The position numbers were made by a program, and so were the translations under genes. From Octopus sinensis (Eukaryota): 39,713 nucleotides of DNA. The notes under the pieces were generated by a model that was not told where the DNA came from, did no database searches, and saw nothing but the letters and a program-made list of their open reading frames with translations. Numbering within the stretch: position 1 is the stretch's first letter; the number at the start of each line of letters is the position of its first letter. This document shows positions 1 to 12,544 of this stretch, piece by piece. The stretch is taken from assembly GCF_006345805.1 (NCBI RefSeq), contig NW_021835725.1, positions 1-39,713 on the forward strand. Direction: 5' to 3'.

Positions 1-503
1 TAATTATAATGTTTCCTTGTGACTAATCCGGAAGCAAATGTGATTCGTCATCAGTTGCGTCATTGTTCCCGCCACCTTACTCTCACCTTACGCTTTTTCA
101 TCTCACGCAACCACACATGCATGTATAAACACACATATACATATACGTGTATGCATACATACATACATGCAAACACAGACATATATACATACGTACATAT
201 ATATATATATATACACATACAAAGTGCAAAGAAAACTGCAGCAACGATAACGACAGAAAAATAGAAAGAAAAACAAGAAAGGACTTCTTATCGATGTTAT
301 GCTTTAAATTGATATCATTTCACATAATTACAATAATATTAAATATAACGCTGTTAAAATTAATAACAATGAAGAGAAATAGAAGTATCTCATCTCATGT
401 TTAAATAATGTCCCGCATAATGATACCAGTGAAACACTGGGGTTGATGTAATCTACTAATTCTCTCCGCTAAAATTTCAGGCCTTGTGCCTTTAGTAGGA
501 AAA

Positions 504-542
504 ATTATTATAATTATAATTATCACTATTATTATTATTATA

Positions 543-590
<48 letters not shown>

Positions 591-669
591 CATTATTATT
601 ATTATTATTATTATTATATTATTATCTGTTATTATATTATTATTATTATTATTATCTTTATTACTGTTT

Positions 670-756
<87 letters not shown>

Positions 757-1047
757 TAGTAAATGACATGCAAATGAATAATCGTTCACAACAAAACAGG
801 ATAAGCTCAGATACTTCGGAAAGCAACAGAAACATTGTAGAAGTCAGAAGAAGAAGAAGAAGAAAAGAACAACAACAACAACCAACACAACAACAAGAAG
901 AACAAGAAGAACAAGAAGAGCAAGATGAACAAGAAGAACAAGAAGAACAAGAAGAAGAAGAACAACAACAACAACAACAAGAACAAGAAGAAGAAGCAGA
1001 AGAAGAAGAAGAAGAAGAAGAAGAAGAAGAAGAAGAAGAAGAAGAAG

Positions 1048-1088
<41 letters not shown>

Positions 1089-1145
1089 GAGTATCAGCAA
1101 CGAGAGCAACAGGAAAGACAATTATAACGACAACAGCAACAGCAT
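504..1145. repeat. Compound trinucleotide microsatellite cluster: (ATT)n, (AGT/AGC)n, (GAA/CAA)n
   Basis: Read directly: ATT ~504-656, AGT/AGC ~670-756, GAA/CAA ~842-1145; explains the poly-Y/S/E/Q ORF 486-1127. Confidence 0.97.
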
Positions 1146-1554
1146 CAATGTGAATAAAAAAAAACAACAAAAATATCAATAATTACGAAAACAACACTAA
1201 AAGCAACAGCAACATTAATAATTTGTACATATATCAGAGACGGAATGTTACTTTTTTTTTATTTACTTTTAAACAGATTTCTCGTAAATATATTGGCAAT
1301 TTGTAGAAAGCATCGTAGCCTAATTAAGGTGAATTCTTATAGATTAACGCATCAGCGCCGTCATCAATTGTCGTTAAAAGGAAGTTCACAACGCCGCTGA
1401 GCATGCTGGGATGTGTACAGCTTAAAGAAGTTGCAAATATCCACTTCATCAAATTGTTTTTCGCATTAGGTGCCGCGAGATGACGTCACCGGCGATAATG
1501 GAGAGAAACTGGGAAGAGAGCGGAGATTAAGAGAGCTATCGTGTAGGAAACTGG

Positions 1555-1555
1555 T

Positions 1556-1615
<60 letters not shown>

Positions 1616-1786
1616 CGGAGAGAGAGACACACACACACGGGGAGAGGGTGACAGAGACGGAGATGCCTATAGTTAATATTGTCTATACAAACATGAATAT
1701 ATACATATATTTATAAGCACGCACACGTATCTGTGTGCATAAGCTCATGTATCTATCCATGAATCCGTGCGTGCATATGTGTATAC

Positions 1787-1817
<31 letters not shown>

Positions 1818-1823
1818 CATACA

Positions 1824-1856
<33 letters not shown>

Positions 1857-1952
1857 GCATTTATACAAATATATATTCACAGAGAGAGAGAGAGAGAGAG
1901 AGTGAAAGGAAGGGATAGTCAGACAGATAGATAGGTAGATAGATAGATAGAG

Positions 1953-1987
<35 letters not shown>

Positions 1988-1988
1988 G

Positions 1989-2031
<43 letters not shown>

Positions 2032-2032
2032 G

Positions 2033-2107
<75 letters not shown>

Positions 2108-2108
2108 G
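1555..2108. repeat. (GA)n, (TACA)n and (GATA)n microsatellites
   Basis: GA ~1555-1625, TACA ~1788-1852, GA ~1880-1901, GATA ~1925-2108. Confidence 0.97.
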
Positions 2109-2176
2109 ATTACCAAATTTGATAGAACAGACCAAGAAATTACAGAAAGTGAAAAGTTAGAGAAAACGTAGGAAAG

Positions 2177-3118
2177 GAGTTCAAATTTCGCCGAGGTCGA
2201 CTTTGCCTTTCATCCTTTCGGGGTCGATTAAATAAGTACCAGTTATGCACTGGGGTCGATGTAATCGACTTAATCCCTTTGTCTGTCCTTGTTTGTCCCC
2301 TCTATATTTTGTCCCTTGTGGGCAATAAAGGAATAAGAAACGTTAGCACGCCAAGCGCTAAATGCTTAGCGGTATTTCATCTGTCGTTACGTTGTGAGTT
2401 CAAATTCCGCCGAGGTCAACTTTGCCTTTCATCCTTTCGGGGTCGATAAATTAAGTACCAGTTACGCTCTGGGGTCGATATAATCGACTTAATACCTATG
2501 TCTGTCCTTGTTTGTCCCCTCTATGTTTAGCCCCTTGTGGGTAATAAAGAAATAGGTATTTCATCTGTCGTTACGTTGTGAGTTCAAATTCCGCCGAGGT
2601 CAACTTTGCCTTTCATCCTTTCGGGGTCGATAAATTAAGTACCAGTTACGCTCTGGGGTCGATATAATCGACTTAATACCTATGTCTGTCCTTGTTTGTC
2701 CCCTCTATGTTTAGCCCCTTGTGGGTAATAAAGAAATAGGTATTTCATCTGTCGTTACGTTGTGAGTTCAAATTCCGCCGAGGTCAACTTTGCCTTTCAT
2801 CCTTTCGGGGTCGATAAATTAAGTACCAGTTACGCTCTGGGGTCGATATAATCGACTTAATTACCATGTCTGTCCTTGTTTGTCCCCTCTATGTTTAGCC
2901 CCTTGTGGGTAATAAAGAAATAGGTAGTCATCGTCGTTACGTTGGGAGTTCAAATTCCGCCGAGGTCAACTTTGCCTTTCATCCTTTCGGGGTCGATAAA
3001 TTAAGTACCAGTTACGCTCTGGGGTCGATATAATCGACTTAATACCTATGTCTGTCCTTGTTTGTCCCCTCTATGTTTAGCCCCTTGTGGGTAATAAAGA
3101 AATAGGTATTTCGTCTGT
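2177..3118 (+). mobile_element. Head-to-tail array of tRNA-derived SINE units (SINE family 1), period 184/184/184/182 bp
   Basis: B-box gagttcaaatt at 2177, 2396, 2580, 2764, 2946; unit starts ggta at 2371, 2555, 2739, 2923, 3105; body gtc(g/a)actttgcctttcatcctttcggggtcgat in every unit. Confidence 0.93.
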
Positions 3119-3219
3119 GTGAATTTGGATTTATTGATAATTATTATTGGAGTGCGTCTGTATAGTAAATGCACGTTGCTATTGACTGTTTTTGTGTTAT
3201 TTCCTGTTATAATTATCGT

Positions 3220-3515
3220 ACATTCGGGTTGAGAACTTTGGAAACTCCCAAAAGTCCTTGACCTGGGAGAGGAGCCTTGCCTGTTTGGGATAAGCTCGCA
3301 AGACATGGTAAGCGTCAGTCTCCGACCTGTCCAAGATGCAGGGGAGGCAGGGAAACCGTCCCTCACGCTATTGTCCAGTATCCGGAGATATCTGAAATGT
3401 GGGTTTATGCTGAACACCTGTTGTCCGGCAAAGGAAGAGTACGGCTGTCGACTGAGTCAATTATAAAAATTGACCCACCGGAACTTTTAACAAACGAAGG
3501 TAAGAATTGTTTTCG
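3220..3515 (+). mobile_element. Decayed L1/Tx1-like LINE ORF2 C-terminal fragment (zf-RVT-like Cys/His motif)
   Basis: ORF 3277-3573 reads LPVWDKLARHG..CPRC...ETVPHAIVQYP, matching the LPxxDxLxxxG-CxxC-ETxxH-xxxCP pattern with the last Cys changed to Tyr; frameshifted upstream remnant TFGLRTLE/SQKSLTW. Confidence 0.72.
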
Positions 3516-3540
3516 CAGTGTATTCCATTCGTCAAACATA

Positions 3541-3665
3541 GAGTTGGGTTTGAAATTCCACCAGAACGCCTGATGAAGGCTGGAGAGTACATTAGCCGAA
3601 ACGTTGTGATAACAACAAAGAAGATGAGGACACCTATTCGTCCATTATAAATAATGTACAGAATA
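3541..3665 (+). mobile_element. Penelope-like element 3' end (pLTR-like) fragment
   Basis: Homologous to 27380-27508 (+) and 27001-27156 (-): gaaatt..c(c/t)ga(t/a)gaaggctgg..agccgaaacgttgtg.taacaa; carries a hammerhead motif. Confidence 0.7.
3567..3608 (+). ncRNA. Minimal type I hammerhead ribozyme motif
   Basis: cgc-CTGATGA-A-GGCT(ggagagtacatt)AGCC-GAAA-CG-TT-gtg; stem I only 3 bp with one G-U. Confidence 0.6.
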
Positions 3666-3702
3666 AGGATGTTTGGAATATTTGGAATATTTTCTGTGAA
3701 AA

Positions 3703-3858
3703 AGTACCAGCGTTCAACTGGTATTTATTTTATCGATCACAAATGCCTAAAAAGCTAAGTAAACCTCAGTGGTATTTTGAACTCAGAACATAAAGAGCCC
3801 GAAGCAATGTCGCCAAGAATTTTCTCCGACGCAATAACGATTCTACTAACTCGCCGCC
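3703..3858 (-). mobile_element. Old degenerate SINE family 1 copy
   Basis: Reverse complement ggcggcgagttagtagaatcgtta...gttctgagttcaaaata...gatcgataaaataaataccagttgaac. Confidence 0.75.
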
Positions 3859-4084
3859 TATATCTCTTTGATTAATGATTACGGTTAAATTATAGCCAAG
3901 TAATAATACTTTTTCATTATGTGCTTTATTAGAAAGATATCTATTTGTCAGCTCATCCTCCGAGTTCGCTATAATGTCTTGCTTCGTGAAGATGCTAATT
4001 CCATTTCACATAAAAATAGTCATAATATTTCAGCATCCACGCATGCGTCGAAGATTAATTTCAATATTATGACCATATTCTTTT

Positions 4085-4458
4085 ATTCTTTTACTCTTTT
4101 GTTTCAGTCCCCTGACTGCGGCCATGCTGAAGTATCGCTTTTAAAGGTCTTTTAGTCAAAGAAATCGACCCCAGGACTTATTTTTTGTAAGCCTAGTACT
4201 TATTCTATCAATTTCTTTTGGCGAACCAAAAACGGTTATCAAGTGATGGTGAGGGGACAAACGCAAACTTAAGACTCACACAAACAAACATATATAGGAT
4301 GGGTTTCTTTGAGTTTCCGTCTACCAAATCCACTCACAAGGCTTTAGTAGGCCCAAGGCTATAGTAGAAGACACTTGCCCAAGGTGCCATGCAGACGGAA
4401 TGAACCCGGAATCATGTGGTTGGGAAGGAAACTTATTACCATACAGCCACGCCTGCAC
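4085..4458 (-). mobile_element. tRNA-derived SINE family 2 (CORE-like central motif)
   Basis: Minus strand ggttcattccg..gcatggcaccttgggcaagtgtcttctactatagcc; homologous to 18929-19331 and 23676-24077. accttgggcaagt resembles the CORE-SINE motif (from memory). Confidence 0.88.
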
Positions 4459-4460
4459 CT

Positions 4461-4600
4461 AATTCCGCCTAGATCCACTTTGCCTTTCATCATTTTCGTG
4501 TCCATAAAATAAGTACCACTTGAACACAAGGGTCACTGTAATCAACTTATGTCCTCTCCTGAAATTGCAGCCCTTGCTCCAAAATTTGAAATCGATATTA
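4461..4600 (+). mobile_element. 5'-truncated SINE family 1 body
   Basis: aattccgcc..actttgcctttcatcattttcg..ataaaataagtacc..gtaatcaactt. Confidence 0.75.
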
Positions 4601-5164
4601 TGACTCTATATTCCGCATAAATATATCTTTTATCATTATGTGTATGAATCATTATTTTTGCCTACCATTGAGCGTAAGCATTATTGTTTACATCCTAAAT
4701 GTTCAATACCAAGTTTAGTTGAATGGTTAGCACAGTTTCCACATGGCTGCCCAATCTTCGGAATTCTGAAGTTTTAGATATTCAGTAAACTCTTTGTTGC
4801 AATAGCATTAATAAGATTCATTTTATTGTTCGTGTTGTTCCAACTCGTTGCTTCCATTTCGGATCTTATGCCTTTCCTTTGCAATGCTAATGGGGATTTT
4901 TATTTCATTCAATTTAGTGGAAGATATACACGTAATTATTTCATATACCCACTTCAATGCTAGGCTTTGTTAGATGAAGCGGCTTTATCAATGAGAATCT
5001 TGACATTTGCAAAAAGGCTCCATATTCTAATCAATATGTTCTTAACTAGACCGCCAATAATGGACTTTAGATTGTTAGACAATTTATAGTTTGTGAAAAA
5101 ATAATGTGTCAGAATTCTTAGGCTATGTGTTATACCGAGAAAAATAACACCAATACTGTTTTCA

Positions 5165-5345
5165 AAAGTGCGTGGTCTAGTGTTTAAGTTGTTGCATTCA
5201 GGACAGCAAGATCGTGGTTTCGGTTTGTGGATCCGGCTATATGCTTTGCTTTTCAGTAAAATATATCCTTACCCATTGCTCCAGTCCGTTCAGTTTTGAA
5301 TGAGCTCCAACAATAACTGGAAGTTAACCTTGTTCCAGATCAGTA
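5165..5345 (+). mobile_element. Highly degenerate tRNA-headed SINE
   Basis: A-box-like gcgtggtctagtgtttaag, B-box-like ggtttcggttt, downstream ttgctccagtccgttcag. Confidence 0.4.
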
Positions 5346-5818
5346 TCCTGTTCAAGGTGGTGTGTCTTAATCTGTCATTTATAAGCCAAGGAGACTGGTT
5401 TAAGCAAGAAGACTGGTATTACGAGTCGTTGTGTTCATGACAGACCTAACAGACAGGTTAAAGATTTTGAAGATTATACGGAAGCGCGTCCGGAGACTTT
5501 TCTAAAGACAAAACAAAAATATTCATAGCCGTTTACAGAAAATAGCTCTCTGGTGTAAAACCACTGCAGAAATCGGGACAATCTCGAAGTAATTTATCGA
5601 CTTTTAATATTAAAGAAACTTCGATTGAAATGTAAGAACGCTTGGATATATCAAAATCATACACTTTGAATTTCGTATGCAATTACGAGAACAAAATGAG
5701 CTGGGAGAAGATTCCAGATGATTGGGTGGAGGACTTAGTGAGGAACTAGAGGAAATGAATGCAATATGCGAGGGGAGACGGAGAAATGTTTAGATCGGTG
5801 ATAACCGACTGGTGGAGA

Positions 5819-5905
5819 TGTATGTATGTATGTATGTATGTATGTATGTATGTATGTATGTATGTATGTATGTATGTATGTATGTATGTGTGTGTGTATG
5901 CATGC
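5819..5905. repeat. (TATG)n microsatellite
   Basis: Read directly. Confidence 0.95.
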
Positions 5906-6571
5906 GTACATGGATGTATATGCGTATGCATTATTCTTCAAGATGCTGTACATTAATTCTGTTCGTATTTGTTCTCTAGCGTTATTGTTGCTACTCTTTT
6001 GCCTTGGTGAATGACTCCTTATAATATACTGCGCTCATTTGTGGTTTCTGTCGTGACAAAATTCAATTGCAATATTTGATAATAGAATGGTCAGGCTGTT
6101 TTATATGTGTTGCATTTTTCTCCTGTAATAAATAGCATGTTAATAATGACTAGACTGTAAAGCGCAAAGGAATAGAAACAGTGTGTCGTTTACATGTTCA
6201 TTCAGAAAAAAACATGAAAACATATAATATTAAGTAATACAATAGGATTCGATCTAATGCTGACGGTGAAATCATTGAGAAGAAAGCGGTGATTGATTAC
6301 AATGTGAGATATCACTAAGCATGTGCCAGAGCCCATCGTTACAGCTGCCAATCTCTGCTAAATCCCATGACAGTGTTTTGTTTTGTGTTATTCCTGCAAA
6401 ATTATTGCTAAATGGCATGATTCTCGGGCTGAAGATATCAGGCATTTCTACAAAATGTTGAATTAATATTTCGATGATGAAGAGGTGGTCGCATCGACGT
6501 CTTATCCAGTTGAAGAAAAATTGCTATTTTCTGGAAGTGTGATCAGTCAGCTTACTTTCATTCAGGACTGC

Positions 6572-6785
6572 AATATTGGTTTCAAATTTTGGCAAAGGGT
6601 CAACAATTTTGGTGGTGGAGGTAAGTAAGCCAATTACACCAACCCCAGTATTCAACTGGAACTTAATTTATCGACACGAAAAGGATGAAAGGCAAAGTCG
6701 ACCACGGCGGAATTTAAACTGAGAACGTGCAAGCGGACGAAATGCCGCTAAGCATTTTGCCCGGGGTGCTAACGGTTCTGCCAGG
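6572..6785 (-). mobile_element. SINE family 1 copy
   Basis: Plus strand aaaaggatgaaaggcaaagtcgaccacggcggaattt...gctaacggttctgccag is the reverse complement of the family head and body. Confidence 0.88.
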
Positions 6786-6811
6786 TTGCAGCCTGTCCAG
6801 AACTGTTATAG

Positions 6812-6981
6812 GGGAGGGAGCCAGTCGATTAGATCGACCCCAGTACGCAACTGGTGCTTAATTTATCGACCCCAAAAATGCAAAGTCGACCTCGGCGGAA
6901 TTTTAACCCTGAACGTAAAGACACGAAATACCATGTGGCACTTCGCCCGGCGTGGAAATGTTTCTGCTAGTTCACCTTAGG
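6812..6981 (-). mobile_element. SINE family 1 copy with 10-bp target-site duplication
   Basis: Family body on the minus strand; actgttatag at 6802-6811 and 6982-6991. Confidence 0.85.
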
Positions 6982-8224
6982 ACTGTTATAGTAATAATGA
7001 GCCACTATAGTTCTTTGGTTGTTAGGGCTGATTATCATTTAGGTTTTTCTGCACCATCCTGGATGAACATTGCCTGCGACAATTCCTGCGGCATATGCCT
7101 TTTTTTAGCGTGACTATAAGCGAACTTCTAAACTATGATTGTACAAATATATTTTGCACAACCTTTCTTAATTCTTCTGTAATTAATTAATTCTATCTTG
7201 ACTAAACTTTGCGTAAAGACCATATAAGTAATTTGCTATTCCAAAATATAAACAACTTTTTGTAGTTGTGAACGAACGACTCGGTATCCATAGCTGACAA
7301 CTTACAATGATACAAAAAAACAAGCATCCTAAAGTTAGGTTCGACGAAATCATTCAAAAACCATTGGTGCGTTATTCACATATTTTGTCTATAAGGAGAA
7401 TCTTTTTTTTTTCTCCCGAGGCCATTTCTGCACCGTATGTCTTTCCCTACTCGAGAGTAAACCAGCATGCTTTATATATATATTATTGTATACACCAATA
7501 ATGTTTAGCTTAACTGGTTGACTCAAACAAGTGGTACATGTATTCTTTTTGCTATAATGTTTTCGGCGGCGGGTGTAGATTTGATGACAGTCGTTAGCTA
7601 ATAGGAACTTGATAAGGCAATGCTTGTGGAAAGAAGCATTGCTATCACACTTCCCTGATAAGAACAACACACATTTGTTGCGGTTTAGAGTATCGATTGT
7701 CATTTTAAAGTGACCTCGTACCCACAGGTTTTTCATTATTGGAACGTGATGCAGGAGGGTGCAAATATGTGATTGATAGCCAACGAAGACTGACACAAGA
7801 GGGAGGGATGTAAGAAGCTATTTTGTGATGGAACATTTCTATAGCTTCTTGCTAAACTTTGCGAAACGGGGCTCCATGGAAACTATTTCAATGGAAGCAT
7901 CGTAGACGTGTGTTGAAGTTACTTTCGCGGCATACTTGATACCATAGCATAAAATCCGTATTTGAAAGACTTCTTCCCATGAGGGCACTACACTTGTGTT
8001 GTCTTATGTATTTGTTGATAGGTTTTAGATTGTAATAAGGTCTTATTCTCTGTAACAAATCTTTTTCTTTGATCCTGGACGGTATCCACTAAACCCTTAC
8101 AAACTGACGACTCAACCGAGGAAACCAGTTTAGTCGCCGATCTCTCGACCATATGGAATGGAAATATAACTAAATAAAGGCACACACGTACAGTAGCACA
8201 CACAAACGTATATGAGTTCATATG

Positions 8225-8424
8225 TAATGTAGAACTCTGTACATAAATATAGTTTATATGTGTTTGTACGTATATAGATATGTGCGTGTGTGTGTGTGTT
8301 TGTATCTATATAGATATAGCTGTGTATGTATGTATATGTTGTGTGTGTAAGTGCGTATGTATTTATGTATATATTAATGCAATAAGTACTTAGCTGACGT
8401 ACATAGATACATACAAATGCGGAA

Positions 8425-8476
<52 letters not shown>

Positions 8477-8510
8477 CGTGTAGATATTCATGTAGTATAT
8501 AAATATAATT
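8225..8510. repeat. Mixed (TG)n/(TA)n microsatellite
   Basis: Read directly. Confidence 0.9.
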
Positions 8511-10444
8511 TAGGAACAAGTTTAAATTAGAGGGAAAGATATGGATTTAATTCATTGAACGACAATAGAAATAGACAGTGGATTGGCAGACTTGTTAGAA
8601 CGATGGGTAAAAGTACCTACTGTATTCACTTACTTTTTTCAAATCTGTCTCAAATTACCTTTGCCATTCATCCTTCCAAAAATAAATAATACTAGTGAAG
8701 TACTAGGTTCGATATCCTATTCTTACTTAGTAATTTCGATGGCAACGGAATTACGATAGATGAAAATAACGAAAGCGGGAATGTTTTATGAGAAGAAATT
8801 GAAATGGTTTTGAAGAGTAGAATGTAATTGATGGATGTAAAGAAATGACGAAAGAAGTGTAACGGGGGAAAAAAAAACAGGTTAAAAGGGTTTTCGATGA
8901 ACAAAAAAAAAAAGACCCGATGCTGTAGATATTAAAATGTATATTAAAAAGGGAAGATAAGATCCAAAAGGTTCTAAAACATGTATAAGCTGTAGTTGTG
9001 AAGGTATGATGTAGATATTAAATATATATACTTATACATACACACCACATACATATATTTGTGTGTGTGTATGTATATGAACACACAGACATACACATAT
9101 GTATATATACATATGCATGTCTATATGTCAGTTCCTCTATCTCTCTATATATAACATATATATATACAAACATATATATATGTGTATATATATATATATA
9201 TATATACATAAAGAAATAAAGTATATAAAAAAGAAATAAACGAAAAATATGATGGAAGAGATAAAAGTAATTGATGGATGGGAAGAAACGATGAAAGAAA
9301 TGTAAAAATGAAAGCAGAGTTAAGGAAGAGATGAGAGGATGTAGATGAGAAGGTAAAAAGATACTAAATTATATATTAAGCAAATGAAAGGAAAGGATGG
9401 AATATAGCATCAAAGAAAAACAAATGGAACATGGAACACAAGAGGTAGGAATTGTAGAAAAGGTAAAAGTGGTAAGAAGAAAGGAGAGAAAGAAGCATAT
9501 ATGTAAAAAGGAAGATGAGACCTGAAGAAAAGAAGAGGTGACCGTGTGATGAGAACGAAGACGAATTAATAACGCAAAGAAAAAAAAAAGAAGGATGCAA
9601 AGTGAAGGATAAAATATCAACAGTTAAAATAATATAGAAAGGAAAGAAATGATGAGAAATAAAGGTCTTAAGAAAAGATTTAAATATAGCAAGTTTGATG
9701 AAGTTACTATTAATGAATATATTCGCTATCAATAAAAAAAATATGGATATAGAGACGTAGATGGATAAATTCATAGACAGAGTGTTAGATAGAGAGGTAG
9801 ATAGATGTAAAGAAAGACAGGGAGATAGATAACAGGGTAACTGTTGATAACGAGCGTATGCAGTTTTATATTGCAGAGGGAAGCCATGTTTTTCTTTTCT
9901 GTATGTAGCTATTACACTTACTAAAGTACATGGATATAATAGCAATATCATTTCTGAAACAGGGTCCTAATATGACATCGTGTACAGATTTGTTCACATA
10001 TTTCATACTGTCCTATTGCTTGCATTGATTCCGTCGTCTTTGAAGCTAGCAGAATAAATTCTATACAGGTATGTCAGGTAGAAATATATGTGCATACATA
10101 TTAGCAACCGCGTCCACTACATATTCTATGTCCCTTTTAACAATACTTCAATGACTTGTGTTCCTCTGAAATAGCAAGTGGCATTCCTAAAATTTTGTCA
10201 TCCGTAAAGTTTTTGTCATCTTTACTCTGCGACTCCTCCCAAAACCTATACTACACCCTTTCCTTCCTTTTACTTCATATTTCTTTCTTTCTTTCCTTCT
10301 CTAAGATGGAGGTGCGTGCAATGCAATTCTGTCTTCTAATTTTTTGGTATGAGCTTATGCCTACATAAGTCTCATTATGTATCGTATCGATCTCATTAAT
10401 CTGTGAAAACGTCGGCAGATAATTAACTGTTCGCTCACTTATCT

Positions 10445-10483
10445 CATATTATATATATATATATAATATATATATATATATAT

Positions 10484-10515
<32 letters not shown>

Positions 10516-10526
10516 ATATATATATA

Positions 10527-10576
<50 letters not shown>

Positions 10577-10700
10577 ATATTATATATATATATATATAAT
10601 ATATATATATATATTATATATATATATATATATGATATATATATATATATATATATATTATATTAATATATATATATATAGATAGATATATATATATATA

Positions 10701-10762
<62 letters not shown>

Positions 10763-10806
10763 TATGTGTGTGTGTATATATATATATAATATATATATAT
10801 CACGTG

Positions 10807-10837
<31 letters not shown>

Positions 10838-11065
10838 CATACATACATATATATATATAGATAGATATATATATACATACATATATATTTATATGTATAT
10901 ATATATATTAATATTACACACACACACAAACACCCACACTCACATGCATAACATAATGACATGTATATATATATATATATTAATTTGTGGTGCAAGTATA
11001 TTTGAATCTATCTATCTATCTATATATATATATGAGTGTATATATGTATACTTGTATGTGTGCAT
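10445..11065. repeat. Large imperfect (TA)n microsatellite with TG/CA interruptions
   Basis: Read directly. Confidence 0.97.
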
Positions 11066-11584
11066 GGATGGTTGAATAAAATCCCATATTCAAAATGGAG
11101 ATTATCGCAACTGAAACGTTGCGGGTATTTCGTTCACCATCCTTACACACTCCTTATTCAGAGACCTTTTTGATCGTGATAGGCTACTGGACCTGAAGAA
11201 AATTCTAATTTGGCTCCACCTGCAAAAACATGCGATATTTTATCTTCATATGAGATCCCCCATGTTGTGTACATACAGTAATGATGTATGTGCTTGGTAT
11301 ACCCTTATCAGACGATAAGTCGTGATGGCGATATTGGGCTTCGTATATTTACTCTCTAGCGTCCATTTGATAGTATTTGCTTATCACGTCATTTCGTTTT
11401 CTTATAGGGTTTCACTTGTGACATTTGTGGTATTAATGTTTTTAATATGTGCCTGTAATGCGAGTTGTATTACTTTGCCAAGTATCCATCCAGCAGAGTA
11501 CATGTGGGAGTTGTACATTTTATTAGATGCTTATTGTACAGTGTATGACTTCTGCCTCTGGATTGTTTTATTTATGTTTTGCTG

Positions 11585-12455
11585 TCTAATTGACAGTGTC
11601 TTGCGTAGGATGTGGGCAGTTCCTAGTAGCACTATTTTTTTGGAGAGTGTGTAGTGTTGTGTGTAAGATACATCTACGTTTTTGTTATTACGTTATTTTA
11701 GCATATCCAACGCTCCAATTACTACTAGTATCTTTTTTAACTTCAAGCCCAACATCTTGAATATTTAATTTCGAGATTTTGGTATAGTATCTCTACTTCT
11801 TTGTAGACAATATTTTGGTCAGAAAGGACTGTAACTGCCACTTCTTGATTATTACGTCTGGGCAATTCGCTTTGATTTCTTTTTCAGTTTGAATTGGCGC
11901 ATCCCACATGAGTATGGACCGGTCATTGTCATGCATCCTATTTGGTACGTGTTTATCTGTTCAACTGTCTGATTGGGCTGGTTGCAAATTCTGTGCTGCA
12001 CATTTGGTGTTAGGGTCTATTTTCATTATTTTGCTTTTATAGTCCAGCGAAAATCCCTTCCGTCCGTGCTTATAGTACTGAGATTCTGAGCAATTGTTGG
12101 CTTTTACTTTGACTCACTTCTCCGTCAACCCTTGAAGAGTATTGATCACGGAATAACTTTTCTATCCACTTTGTCTTTGATATGTTTTGTAGTTTTATTC
12201 TTATGTTTTTTTTAATCACTAACCATTTATGTTATATGAGTTTAGTTTGCCAGTATAGCTTGCTTCTGCTAAGTATTTTATAGCTACATTTTCCATCAAC
12301 GAATGGATGCTGGGTGCTATCATTCATATTTTGGCTTTGAATTTCTATAATTTTGAATATTTATCACTTTTCATTTGGAACTCGACAAAGACAGGCTTGC
12401 TATCAAAATATCATTCAAACAAAAAATATCTATTGCAATCGCATCGCGCTCTTCC
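11585..12455 (-). mobile_element. R4/Dong-like non-LTR retrotransposon, decayed 3' ORF fragment (restriction-like endonuclease region)
   Basis: Manual minus-strand translation gives ILMWDAPIQTEKEIKANCPDVIIK (PD-type RLE motif) and the C-terminus KKIVLLGTAHILRKTLSI; many stops and frameshifts. Confidence 0.85.
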
Positions 12456-12464
12456 TATTATCTA

Positions 12465-12471
12465 TTATCTA

Positions 12472-12511
<40 letters not shown>

Positions 12512-12532
12512 CATCATTATTATTATTCACTA
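12465..12532. repeat. (ATT)n tract between two LINE copies
   Basis: Read directly. Confidence 0.95.
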
Positions 12533-12544
12533 GTTTTATTTTTA

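Noticed and set aside
486-1182. 213-aa ORF and overlapping ORFs with poly-Y/S/E/Q/L/K runs
   Set aside because: Pure translation of ATT, AGT and GAA/CAA microsatellites. The same applies to the many YI, HT, CV, MYVC and poly-V ORFs across the window.
8780-9830. Long purine-rich strand asymmetry and 191-aa hydrophobic minus-strand ORF
   Set aside because: Decayed GA-rich low-complexity sequence; the F/L/S/I richness follows from base composition.
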